From contig CAWICY010000004.1 in the NCBI GenBank assembly GCA_963834845.1, positions 2,848,459-2,912,458 of the forward strand: DNA of 64,000 nt, given 5' to 3'. Below, in pieces: positions 51,302 through 60,492 of the stretch. This DNA comes from an uncultured Pseudomonadota bacterium (GTDB lineage: Bacteria; Pseudomonadota; Gammaproteobacteria; Burkholderiales; SG8-39). The notes under the pieces were generated by a model. It searched no databases, was not told the origin of the DNA, and saw only the letters and a list, made by a program, of their open reading frames with translations. The first letter of the stretch is position 1. Each line of letters opens with the position of its first letter. The translations under genes and the position numbers were made by a program.

Positions 51302-53065
51302 GTGAGCAACTCTGAACTCAAGCAGCGGCTGGCGGCGATTCTGGCCGCGGATGTGGCGGGCTATTCGCGCCTGATGGCAGTCGACGAGCGTGCCACGGTG
51401 GCGGCGCTGGATGCCGCACGCAAGGTGTTTCGGTCGCACATCGAATCGAATCAGGGCCGCGTCATCGACATGGCGGGCGACTCCGTTCTGGCGGTGTTCG
51501 AGACTGCGACCGGGGCGGTATCCGTGGCGCTCGCGGTACAGCAGGAACTCAACTCCACCTTGACCGTGGGGTCCGAAGACCGCCGCATGCGTTTTCGGAT
51601 TGGCGTTCACCTGGGCGATGTGATCGAGAAGGCCGACGGCACGATCTACGGTGACGGCGTGAATATCGCGTCACGGCTGGAAGGCTTGGCGGAACCCGGC
51701 GGGATTACGGTCTCGGATCCGGTTCAAGGCGCGGTACGCGGCAAGGTGGTGGCAAAGTTCGTCGATCAGGGCGAGCAGACCGTCAAGAACATTGCGCACC
51801 CCGTGCGCACGTTCAGCGTTCAGGCAGTGCGATCCTCGCCGTCCCAGGCAACTTCGGCTGTCGGCGCGCCCGGCGCCCAGTTCTCCGAGAAGCCGTCCAT
51901 CATCGTCCTGCCATTCGCCAACATAAGCGGCGCGGCGGAGCAGGAATTCTTTGCCGACGGCCTGACCGAAGACATCCTGACCGACCTTTCGCGCTTCCGC
52001 GAGCTGTTCGTAATTTCGCGCAATACCTCGTTCAAGTACAAGGGCCAGGCGGCGGACGTGAAGAAGGTCGCGCGCGAGCTCGGTGTCCGCTACGTCGTCG
52101 AGGGAAGCGTGCGCAAGGTCGGCAACCGGGTGCGGATCACGGTGCAGCTGATCGAGGCCGAGTCCGACCATCACATCTGGGCGGAACGCTACGACCGGGA
52201 CCTGGAGGACATTTTCGCGATTCAAGACGAGGTCACCTCCGCAATCGTCGCGACCTTGCCCGGCCGCCTCGAGGCCGACGCGCGCGGCCGCATTGAGCGC
52301 AAGCTGCCCGCCAACATGGCGGCGTACGAGTGCGTACTGGCCGCCAAGACCCTGCACCACAGGTCCAACCGCGACGACAACGTCCGCGCACTCGACCTGA
52401 TCCGGCGCGCGATCGAGCTCGATCCCAGGTACGGGCATGCGCACGCCTGGCATGCCTGTATCCTCGGCCAGCAATGGGGCTACGGCTGGTGCAAGGACCG
52501 CGCCGCGACGGAATCCGTGATCGAGAGGGAACTCGAGGCTGCGCTCGAACTGGACGAGAACGACAGCGACGTGCACCGTCTGCTCGCCGCCGTAGGCGTT
52601 ATCCGAAACGATCTCGACAAGGCCGTCCTCCACCAGCAGCGCGCGCTTAGCCTCAACCCGAACGACGATTTGATCGTGGTGCAGCAGGGCGAGATTCTCG
52701 CCTGGCTCGGCCAGGCGGAAGAGGGAATCGAGTGGATCCGCAAGGCGATGCGTCTCAACCCCTACCATCCGGAGCGTTTCTGGTTCCACCTGGCGCGCGC
52801 GGAGTTTGTCGGCAAGCGCTACGCCGAGGCGATAGGGTCCATGCGGCACATCACTGCGCCGGACAGCCTGCATCACGCCTTGCTCGCCGCCTGCCACGCC
52901 CAACTGGGCAACGCCGCGGATGCCGCCGCGCACACCGCGGAAGTGCTGAAGCGCGTTCCCGGTTTCACCATCCGCCAGCACTGCGTGCCAATCCTGCACT
53001 ACCGGCGCGCAGCCGACCTCGAGCACCACCGCGAATCCCTGCGCAAGGCCGGTCTGCCGGAATGA
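51302..53065 (+). CDS. class III adenylate/guanylate cyclase domain protein with TPR C-terminus
   Basis: AILAADVAGYSRLM, GDSVLAVF, GDGVNIASRLE, then TPR-like repeats. Confidence 0.85.
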   Translation: MSNSELKQRLAAILAADVAGYSRLMAVDERATVAALDAARKVFRSHIESNQGRVIDMAGDSVLAVFETATGAVSVALAVQQELNSTLTVGSEDRRMRFRIGVHLGDVIEKADGTIYGDGVNIASRLEGLAEPGGITVSDPVQGAVRGKVVAKFVDQGEQTVKNIAHPVRTFSVQAVRSSPSQATSAVGAPGAQFSEKPSIIVLPFANISGAAEQEFFADGLTEDILTDLSRFRELFVISRNTSFKYKGQAADVKKVARELGVRYVVEGSVRKVGNRVRITVQLIEAESDHHIWAERYDRDLEDIFAIQDEVTSAIVATLPGRLEADARGRIERKLPANMAAYECVLAAKTLHHRSNRDDNVRALDLIRRAIELDPRYGHAHAWHACILGQQWGYGWCKDRAATESVIERELEAALELDENDSDVHRLLAAVGVIRNDLDKAVLHQQRALSLNPNDDLIVVQQGEILAWLGQAEEGIEWIRKAMRLNPYHPERFWFHLARAEFVGKRYAEAIGSMRHITAPDSLHHALLAACHAQLGNAADAAAHTAEVLKRVPGFTIRQHCVPILHYRRAADLEHHRESLRKAGLPE

Positions 53066-53120
53066 TCGCTGGCCATGCCCGTTCGCTATTCAGGACTTGA
53101 AGCGCGCGAACAGGCGCTGC
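52959..53120. repeat. copy 1 of a 162-nt direct repeat (cyclase 3' end plus convergent-gene 3' end)
   Basis: Collinear with 54603-54764 at a constant offset of 1644 nt. About 16 mismatches by manual alignment. Confidence 0.85.
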
Positions 53121-53169
53121 CGCGATCCTCGTCGCCCACTCCGAAGCCGCCGCCATTCTCGACAACCAA

Positions 53170-53436
53170 CTATTTCTTCTTCCCTTTCGTCGTATCGGAT
53201 TTCACGTCTACGGACTTGGCGGTCATGGAGTACTCGACCGTCACCTTTGCACCTACCTTCAGATCGCCGGTAACTTTCGTGTCGGGCGTGCGGGCGAGTT
53301 CCCACTTCTCCTTTCCCTTCTGTACGACGATCTTGGAATCCGTGACTTCCAGCACCGGTCCGGTTACCTGGTAAGCCCAGGCCGAGCTCGCCGCGACGAA
53401 CGCGGCAACTGCGAAGAGACTGCGCTTTGCATTCAC
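53170..53436 (-). CDS. small secreted protein, lysine-rich C-terminus
   Basis: GTG at 53436 preceded by AGAGGA. Signal peptide NAKRSLFAVAAFVAASSAWA. Confidence 0.55.
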   Translation of the reverse strand: MNAKRSLFAVAAFVAASSAWAYQVTGPVLEVTDSKIVVQKGKEKWELARTPDTKVTGDLKVGAKVTVEYSMTAKSVDVKSDTTKGKKK

Positions 53437-53986
53437 GTGTTTTCCTCTGCAAGGTTGGACTAGGGGGTCGTAATGTGGGCTTCCCCGGTGCTCCGGACAT
53501 CTGCGATACGAGCACGCTCGAAAGACGCAAGGCAAATGTCCGGGAAAGCGGGGCGAGGCCAACAGCCATTCTCGCATGAAGTAGGAAGCGTTAGTTCTTC
53601 ATCGCATCCTGCGCGCCCTGCATCGCGCCGGAAGCGGCGCCCTCCCGGAGGTGTCGGGTCTCTTAAGCAGCGGCGCTACTGTCGACGACGGTGTCCGGGC
53701 CTTCTGGTTTGAATGGGTCGGTTGGCGACAGGAGTTTCTCAGATGTGCAAGGTGTTGCCCTTGTCGGCAACGACGCGTTGGACATCGACCCGGATCCCCC
53801 AGTAGTCTCACTAGTCGATTTCTCTACGCTCGATTCCGTTCCAAGCCCTATGAACACTACCGGCGCGCGCAATATCAATGGGTTCTGCATCGGCGATTGC
53901 ACGTTGGCGAGCGCTCGGCTGTATTGGATCGAGACACAAGAGACACCACAGCCAATTCCGGACTTTCTCTCGAGTGCGGATCTGCT

Positions 53987-54091
53987 CCTGAACCGTCCAC
54001 CTACCCGCTCTGCCAAGTTCGCCCGGTAGTCCCCGTTCCGCATACCCCGGCCTGGCACGCACGGGTCTTCACTGCGCCAACGCATTCAGGA
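53987..54091. repeat. copy 2 (intact) of the 105-nt repeat
   Basis: See copy 1. On the minus strand it begins CCTGAAT and ends GTTCAGG (7-nt imperfect terminal inverted repeat). It covers the stop and last 7 codons of the BLUF gene. Confidence 0.85.
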
Positions 54092-54494
54092 TGCTTACGA
54101 GAATCCGGGGTACCCGATGCGGGCTGCGATTGATATCTGTCAATAGCTCGTTGACCGCAGCGGTGCCCGGGAGCCCCGCCCACTTCGACATCTGCTCGGC
54201 AGTCGCGCTCAGGTAAGCCATTCTCCAAGACTCGAAAGCGCGAACATCGACTTCAGCCTCGTAGAAGACCTTGACAGAGTGATGCCTGGAGTCGCTCGCA
54301 ATGCTTGCCATCAGATTGTGTACGACGTCTTTGTCGCCTTCGATAATCTGGAAGAACACACCGTCGACATAGACCAGCGCACCTGTGACGTCGCGCGCTT
54401 CATTGCCGGTTCGCGCATCCGTCAGAATTGCCTCGAGGCCGGTGACCGTCATGGGCTCCGTTGCTTGAGACGAATACATGATCTGATAAGGCAT
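54069..54494 (-). CDS. BLUF domain (blue-light FAD sensor) protein
   Basis: YQIMYSSQA, VTGALVYVDGVFFQIIEG, DSRHHSV, FESWRMAY. Confidence 0.8.
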   Translation of the reverse strand: MPYQIMYSSQATEPMTVTGLEAILTDARTGNEARDVTGALVYVDGVFFQIIEGDKDVVHNLMASIASDSRHHSVKVFYEAEVDVRAFESWRMAYLSATAEQMSKWAGLPGTAAVNELLTDINRSPHRVPRILVSILNALAQ

Positions 54495-54602
54495 TCGTGC
54501 GCTCGCTGCTCTTCAAGTGGACCGTACTTCGATGGAACGGAAGATCAACCGTATGAGAACTCGCCAGTGCCATTTTGGCAAGTGTCCCGATGCATGTGTT
54601 GA

Positions 54603-54764
54603 CCGGTTTCACCATCGGCCAGCACTGCGTGCCAATCCTGCATTGCCGGCGCGCATCCGACCTTGAGCACCACCGCGAATCCCTGCGCAAGGCCGGTCTG
54701 CTGGACTGATCACGGGCTCGGCCCGCTCGCTATTCACGACTTGAAGCGCGCGAAAAGGCGCCGC
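54603..54764. repeat. copy 2 of the 162-nt repeat, containing a 35-codon 3' fragment of a cyclase/TPR gene
   Basis: 54603-54709 translates to ...TIGQHCVPILHCRRASDLEHHRESLRKAGLLD-stop. Compare ...TIRQHCVPILHYRRAADLEHHRESLRKAGLPE-stop at 52959-53065. Confidence 0.85.
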
Positions 54765-55996
54765 GCGGGGTAGAGGAGCTTGCGGGTGCCGAGCGACTCT
54801 TCGATCCTCAGACCCTCGTTCCACTTCGCCATGCGCTCGGAGCGCGAGAAGCTGCCGACTTTGAGCTGCGGCACGCCCCAGCCCACGGCGAGGTGCACGA
54901 TGGAGACATCCTCCGATTCGCCCGAGCGCGCCGAGACGATGGCGCCGTAGCCGAGCTCGCGCGCGGCCTGCCAGCAGGCGTGCGTTTCGCTGACGGTCCC
55001 CACCTGGTTCGGCTTGAGCAGGATCGCGTTGCAGGCGCCGTCGGCGGCGCGCAGCTTCGCTTCGCTGGTGACGAAGTAATCGTCGCCGACGATCTGCGCG
55101 CGGGCGCCGGCCGCCTTGGTGAAGGCCTTCATGGCTTCGACGTCGTTCTCGGCGAACGGGTCCTCTATGGACACGATCGGATAGGCATCGAGCCAGCGCA
55201 GCAGCATGGCCTGCAGCTGCTCGGCCGACAGCGAGCGGTTCTCGAGCGAAAGCTGATACCGCCCGCCGCGGTAGAGCTGCGTCGCCGCGATGTCGAGCGC
55301 GATGGCGCAATCGCGCCCGGGCTCGAGCCCGGCGTCGGAGATTGCGCCGACGAGCTCCGCGAGGCCTTCCTCGTTCGACTTGAACGCCGGCCAGTAGCCG
55401 CCTTCGTCGGCCACGCCGGCGAGCAGGTTGCGCTTCGCCAGCCGCGCGCCGGCGGCGCGATACACCTCCGCGGTCCAGTCGAGCGCCTCGCTGAAGCCGC
55501 CGGCGCCGATGCACACCAGCATGTAGTCCTGGATATCGACGCGGCCGCGCGCGTGCGCGCCGCCGCCGTAGATCTGGATCTGCGGCACCGGCAGCGCGAC
55601 CGGCTTGTCCCCCGCGAGGTAGCGCCACAGCGGCTTTTTCGCCGCCGCCGCCGCGGCCTGCGCGCAGGCGAGCGACACCGCGACGATCGCGTTGGCGCCG
55701 AGCCGGCTGCGGTCGCGCGTGCCGTCGAGCGCGACGAGCCTGCGGTCGATCGCCTGCTGGTCCTCGACCTTGGCGGTGAGCAGCGCCTGACGCATGATGC
55801 CATTGACGTTCGCCACCGCCTGGCGCACGTCGATACTCTTCGCCTCGCCCGCGCCGGTGGACGCGCCCGAGGGCGCGATGGCGCGGCCGCTGGCGAGCGG
55901 CGTGCTGCCGCGGCCGACCACCACCTCGGCCTCGACGGTGGGGCGGCCGCGCGAGTCCCACACGCGCCGGCCGCGCACGTTCAGGATCTTCGCCAT
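54734..55996 (-). CDS. divergent enolase-family protein
   Basis: ATG at 55996 ([25 protein letters not shown]). Motifs SGASTG, ADEGG, SIEDP, VGDD, LKPNQVG, SARSGESED. Confidence 0.8.
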   Translation of the reverse strand: MAKILNVRGRRVWDSRGRPTVEAEVVVGRGSTPLASGRAIAPSGASTGAGEAKSIDVRQAVANVNGIMRQALLTAKVEDQQAIDRRLVALDGTRDRSRLGANAIVAVSLACAQAAAAAAKKPLWRYLAGDKPVALPVPQIQIYGGGAHARGRVDIQDYMLVCIGAGGFSEALDWTAEVYRAAGARLAKRNLLAGVADEGGYWPAFKSNEEGLAELVGAISDAGLEPGRDCAIALDIAATQLYRGGRYQLSLENRSLSAEQLQAMLLRWLDAYPIVSIEDPFAENDVEAMKAFTKAAGARAQIVGDDYFVTSEAKLRAADGACNAILLKPNQVGTVSETHACWQAARELGYGAIVSARSGESEDVSIVHLAVGWGVPQLKVGSFSRSERMAKWNEGLRIEESLGTRKLLYPARRLFARFKS

Positions 55997-56988
55997 GCGT
56001 CGCGCACCTCGGCGAGGCGCGCGGGCGGCGCGGCGAGCAGCGCGCGCGCCGCGCGCCGCACGCGCTCCTTCTGCTTTTCTTCGGTCAGGTACTCGACCGG
56101 CGACTTGCCGTCGACGCGCGCCAGCAGCAGGCCGGGAAGGAGGGAGGCCGCGCGAGCTTCGAGATCCGAGGGATTCTCCCAGGAGCAATTCACGGAATAA
56201 GACGATGAGAGGGCGTCAAAACATTCCAGAAACCCGTCCGTCGCGGCGGGCACCCACAGGCACTTTAGCAGCAGGTGGTTGAGGCAGAACGCCAGGTCGA
56301 AAGCCGGGTCGCCGTACCAGGCGCACTCGGCGTCGAGCAGCACCGGCCCCGCGGGGCCGACGAGGATGTTCTTCGGGCTGACGTCCCCGTGCACCAGCGC
56401 GACGCGCTTCCGCGCGGTGCGCTCGGCGAGCGCCAGCAGCTGGGCTGCGTGGTCGGGGTGCGCGCGCGCAGTGGCGACGAGGTAGGGCTCGAGCCGGATG
56501 GCGTAGAAGCTCGCGTCGGTGGCGAACTCGGCGGCAATCTGCGCGTCGCCCGCGGTGGCGGCGTGGATGCGCGCCAGGCGCTCGCCCACGCCGCGCGCGA
56601 AGCCGGGGTCGGCGCGTCCGGCGGCGAGCTCGGCCTTCCACAGCGGCAGGCCGCCGAGGTATTCCATGGCGAAGCAGCCGGCGTCGTCGGCGGCGAGCAC
56701 GCGCGGCGCGACGCCGGGGACGATGCGGTTCGCGGTCTCCATCCAGCGCCGCTCGTAGCGGTTGCGCTCGACGGGCGCTTCCCAGAGCTGGGCCACCTTG
56801 AGGCGCGGCAGCGCGCGCTTGACGCAAAGTGCGCCCCCCGCCAGCTCGACGCGCCAGATGTCCGACGATACGCCGCCCGCCAGCGGCACCGCGCGCGGCG
56901 TTTCCCGGGGCGCCGCGAGGCCTGCGCGCCTGAGGAAGTCGAGCACCGCGTCAGGGAGCGAGGCGCTCGATGCTCCAGCCCGATCCAT
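55981..56988 (-). CDS. APH/MtnK-like phosphotransferase family kinase
   Basis: [10 protein letters not shown] catalytic loop and [15 protein letters not shown]. The stop overlaps the enolase-like start by 16 nt. Alternative GTG start at 56946. Confidence 0.7.
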   Translation of the reverse strand: MDRAGASSASLPDAVLDFLRRAGLAAPRETPRAVPLAGGVSSDIWRVELAGGALCVKRALPRLKVAQLWEAPVERNRYERRWMETANRIVPGVAPRVLAADDAGCFAMEYLGGLPLWKAELAAGRADPGFARGVGERLARIHAATAGDAQIAAEFATDASFYAIRLEPYLVATARAHPDHAAQLLALAERTARKRVALVHGDVSPKNILVGPAGPVLLDAECAWYGDPAFDLAFCLNHLLLKCLWVPAATDGFLECFDALSSSYSVNCSWENPSDLEARAASLLPGLLLARVDGKSPVEYLTEEKQKERVRRAARALLAAPPARLAEVRDAWRRS

Positions 56989-57583
56989 GCGTTCGATACA
57001 GCAGACGATCGTGCAGGCGGTTGGCGCGCCCTTGCCAGAACTCGATCGCCGAGGGCAGCAGGCGGTAGCCGCCCCAGTGTGGCGGGCGCGGCGGCTGCTC
57101 GCCGTAGCGCCGCTCGGCATCCTCGAGATCGCGCTCGAGGGTCGCGCGATCGGCTACCGGCGCGCTCTGCGCGGAGGCCCATGCCGAGAGCCGCGCGCCG
57201 AGCGGACGGCTGTCGTAGTAGGCGTCGGAGTCGCCCGCCGGCACCTGCGTCACGCGGCCTTCGATGCGCACCTGGCGCTCGAGCTCGGACCACAGGAATA
57301 CGAGACAGGCGTCGGGGCGCGCGGCGAGCTCGTGGCCCTTGCGGCTCTCGTAGTTGGTGTAGAACACGAAGCCGCCGTCGTCCAGTCCCTTGAGCAGTAC
57401 GATGCGCGCCGCGGGGGTGCCCTCGGCCGTCACGGTGGCGAGCGTCATGGCATTGGCGAGTGGCAGGTGTGCATCCAGGGCCTCCTGGAACCAGCGACGG
57501 AACTGCTCCAGCGGGTCGCGGTGCGCGTCAGCCTCGGACAGACCGGCGCGCATGTACTCGTGCCGCAGATGCGAGATTTTCAT
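56951..57583 (-). CDS. pdxH: pyridoxamine 5'-phosphate oxidase
   Basis: 210 aa. [24 protein letters not shown] motifs. Confidence 0.9.
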   Translation of the reverse strand: MKISHLRHEYMRAGLSEADAHRDPLEQFRRWFQEALDAHLPLANAMTLATVTAEGTPAARIVLLKGLDDGGFVFYTNYESRKGHELAARPDACLVFLWSELERQVRIEGRVTQVPAGDSDAYYDSRPLGARLSAWASAQSAPVADRATLERDLEDAERRYGEQPPRPPHWGGYRLLPSAIEFWQGRANRLHDRLLYRTHGSGWSIERLAP

Positions 57584-57697
57584 GCGACGCCATTCTACAG
57601 TCCGATCCTGCGGTTGCGCTGCGTGCCGAGGCGCGGTGTAATGGGCGGACCCGCATCGCAGACCAACACTCCGTCACGGCATCCGGGAGGAGGGTCC

Positions 57698-58978
57698 ATG
57701 CATTTCGCACGCAAGCCTCGAGTTTCCAACCCATCGGCCGCCAGGCTGGAGAACCTGCTCCGCGAATACGAGCGGGTGCGCGCCCAGACGCTCGCCCTCG
57801 CCGCGCCGCTGTCGGCCGAAGACTGCGCGCTGCAGTCGATGCCCGACGCGAGCCCGGTCAAGTGGCACCTCGCCCATACCAGCTGGTTCTTCGAGACCTT
57901 CGTGCTCGAGCCCGCGCTGCCCGGCTTTGCGCCGTACCGGGAAGAGTACCGCGTGCTGTTCAATTCCTATTACGTCACGGTCGGCGCGCGCCATCCGCGG
58001 CCCGAGCGCGGCATGCTCTCGCGCCCATCGCTCGAGGAGGTGCTGGCGTACCGCGCGAGCGTCGACGAGCGCATGCAGGCGCTGTTCGCGCGTCACCCGG
58101 AGCACGCCGCGCGCTTCGCCGAAACGATCGAGCTCGGTGCGCACCACGAGCAGCAGCACCAGGAGCTGATCGTGACCGACGTGAAGCACGCGCTGTCGCG
58201 CAACCCGCTGTTCCCCGCCTACCAGGCGGCGCGCGCGCAAGCCGGCGGCGCCCCGGCGCCGATGCGCTGGTCGGCGCTGCCCGACGGCGTGCGCCAGATC
58301 GGACACGACGGCAGCGGCTTCTCCTTCGACAACGAGCGCCCGCGTCACCGCGTGTTCGTCGCGGACTACGAGATCGGCGAGCGGCTCGTGAGCAACGCCG
58401 AATACCATGCGTTCGTCGCCGACGGCGGCTACCGGCGGCCGCAGCTGTGGCTCTCGGAAGGCTGGGACCTGCGTGCCGCGCAGGGCTGGGAAGCGCCGCT
58501 CTACTGGATCGCGGGCGAGGGCGGCTGGCGCCAGTTCACCCTCGACGGGCTGCGCGCGCTCGAGCCCGCCGAGCCGGTGACGCACGTCAGCTACTACGAG
58601 GCGGATGCCTACGCGCGCTGGTGCGGGACGCGGCTGCCGACCGAGGCCGAGTGGGAGATCGCCGCCGCACCGCGCGAGGTGCGCGGCAACTTCCTCGAGA
58701 GCGGCAGGCTGCATCCCGCGCCGCCCGGCGCTGGCGGCCAGTTCTACGGCGATGCATGGCAATGGACCAGCAGCTCCTACGCGCCGTATCCCGGGTTCCG
58801 CGCGCCCGCAGGGGCGGTGGGCGAGTACAACGGCAAGTTCATGGTCAACCAGTACGTGCTGCGCGGCGGCTCCTGCGCCACGCCGCGCTCGCACATCCGC
58901 GCCAGCTACCGCAATTTCTTTCCTGCCTCGGCGCGCTGGCAGTTCAGCGGTATCCGGCTGGCGCGCGACGCTTCCTGA
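57698..58978 (+). CDS. EgtB-like sulfoxide synthase (DinB_2 plus FGE-sulfatase domains)
   Basis: GGGAGGAGGG RBS, then ATG at 57698 inside track ORF 56762..58978. Iron motif HHEQQHQE. C-terminal GGSCATP...RLARD. Confidence 0.75.
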   Translation: MHFARKPRVSNPSAARLENLLREYERVRAQTLALAAPLSAEDCALQSMPDASPVKWHLAHTSWFFETFVLEPALPGFAPYREEYRVLFNSYYVTVGARHPRPERGMLSRPSLEEVLAYRASVDERMQALFARHPEHAARFAETIELGAHHEQQHQELIVTDVKHALSRNPLFPAYQAARAQAGGAPAPMRWSALPDGVRQIGHDGSGFSFDNERPRHRVFVADYEIGERLVSNAEYHAFVADGGYRRPQLWLSEGWDLRAAQGWEAPLYWIAGEGGWRQFTLDGLRALEPAEPVTHVSYYEADAYARWCGTRLPTEAEWEIAAAPREVRGNFLESGRLHPAPPGAGGQFYGDAWQWTSSSYAPYPGFRAPAGAVGEYNGKFMVNQYVLRGGSCATPRSHIRASYRNFFPASARWQFSGIRLARDAS

Positions 58979-59926
58979 ATGCAGGGGGTGTACGACTACG
59001 GTCACGGCATCAGCGCCGTGGACGTGCTGTACGAGCGCGAGCGGCTTAACGCCGCGCACATCATCGTCGAGGCAGGCCGCGCCGCGATCGTCGACACGGG
59101 CACGGCGCACGGCGTGCCGCGCGTGCTGGCCGCGCTCGCGGCCAGGGGCGTCGCGCCCCGGCAGGTCGACTACGTCATCCTCACGCACGTGCACCTCGAT
59201 CACGCGGGCGGCGCGGGGCAGCTCATGGCGCGCTGCCCGAACGCCACGCTCACGGTGCACCCGCGCGGCGCGCGTCACATGATCGACCCCCGGCGTCTCC
59301 TGGCGGCGACAGTACAGATATACGGGGAGCACGCGATGCGCCGCGTCTACGACGAGATCCTGCCCGTGCCGGCGGCGCGGGTGCTCGAGACCCCGGAGGG
59401 CGCGAGCATCTCGCTCGGCGGACGCGAGCTCGCGTTCCTCGACGCGCCGGGCCACGCGCGCCATCACGTCGTTGTGCGCGACGGGCGCACCGGGCACATC
59501 TTCTCGGGCGACACCTTCGGGCTGTCCTACCGCGAGCTCGACCGGGATGGAAGGCAATTTGCGTTCCCGACCACCAGCCCGTCGCAGTTCGACCCGCCCG
59601 CGCTGCACCGCTCGATCGACCGCATGCTGGCTCTCGCCCCGGAGGCGATCTACGTCACCCACTTCGGGCAGGTGCGCGAACCGGGCCGACTGGCGGCCGA
59701 CTTGCACCGGCTGATCGACGCCCACGCCGAGCTCGCCGAGCGTGTCCGAGGCGCAGGAGCGCAGCGCAACGCGCTGCTAAGGAAGGGAATTGCGGCAATC
59801 GTGATCGCCGAGTCGCGGCGCCAGGGATGGACGCTGTCGGAGGCGGAGCTGCTGCGGGTATTCGCGATTGACGTCGACCTGAACGCGCAGGGTCTGGAAG
59901 CCTGGCTCGACTCCGCGGCGGCATGA
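58979..59926 (+). CDS. MBL-fold metallo-hydrolase
   Basis: THVHLDHAGG. The ATG directly abuts the previous stop codon. Confidence 0.75.
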   Translation: MQGVYDYGHGISAVDVLYERERLNAAHIIVEAGRAAIVDTGTAHGVPRVLAALAARGVAPRQVDYVILTHVHLDHAGGAGQLMARCPNATLTVHPRGARHMIDPRRLLAATVQIYGEHAMRRVYDEILPVPAARVLETPEGASISLGGRELAFLDAPGHARHHVVVRDGRTGHIFSGDTFGLSYRELDRDGRQFAFPTTSPSQFDPPALHRSIDRMLALAPEAIYVTHFGQVREPGRLAADLHRLIDAHAELAERVRGAGAQRNALLRKGIAAIVIAESRRQGWTLSEAELLRVFAIDVDLNAQGLEAWLDSAAA

Positions 59927-60075
59927 TAGCGGGCAACGCGCCGTGCAGGAAGTTCGCTTTTCCCTCTGAAAAACGTTGACACGCCGCGCGGGATTCGGCA
60001 TCTTCACGTCACCGCTGCCTGACAGCGGCAAGATCATCCGGATCGAATAAGATTTTCGTATCGCTCAGAGGAGAA

Positions 60076-60387
60076 ATGACGATGGCAAAGAAGAAGGCCG
60101 CGAAGAAGTCCGCTAAGAAGAAGTCCGCCGCGAAGCGGAAACCGAATGCAGCATTCATGAAGCCGATGAACCCGAGCGCCACGCTCGCGGCAGTGATCGG
60201 CGGCAGCGCGATGCCGCGTACCGAAGTCACCAAGAAGATCTGGGCCTACATCAAGCGTAACGGCCTGCAGGACAAGAAGAATCGCCGCATGATCAACGCC
60301 GACGACAAGCTCAAGCCGGTATTCGGCGGCAAGTCGCAGGTGTCGATGTTCGAGATGACCAAGCTGGTCAACAAGCACCTGAAGTAA
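60076..60387 (+). CDS. SWIB/MDM2 domain protein with lysine-rich N-terminus
   Basis: KKKAAKKSAKKKSAAKRK followed by a SWIB-type sequence (IWAYIKRNGLQD...MFEMTKLVNKHL). Confidence 0.75.
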   Translation: MTMAKKKAAKKSAKKKSAAKRKPNAAFMKPMNPSATLAAVIGGSAMPRTEVTKKIWAYIKRNGLQDKKNRRMINADDKLKPVFGGKSQVSMFEMTKLVNKHLK

Positions 60388-60406
60388 GTCAACGGTTTTG
60401 GTTGCC

Positions 60407-60428
60407 GCCGGAGGCTTCGGCCTCCGGC
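60407..60428. terminator. perfect 9-bp hairpin between convergent genes, possible bidirectional terminator
   Basis: GCCGGAGGC-TTCG-GCCTCCGGC. No clear U tract on either strand. Confidence 0.4.
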
Positions 60429-60492
60429 AGCCACCGCGCGGCGCTCAGGCCGCGTAGTAGCAAGCCACGCGCTTCACTTCCCTCGTATTTCG

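Noticed and set aside
53987-54091. Calling the 105-nt repeat an integron attC site and the region a cassette array.
   Set aside because: The termini pair (CCTGAAT with GTTCAGG) and ORFs run into the unit as in cassettes. Against that, the core sites fit RYYYAAC/GTTRRRY poorly and I could not find the long imperfect internal stem. Only two copies are visible, a 1.8-kb plus-strand cyclase gene lies between them, and no intI is in the window.
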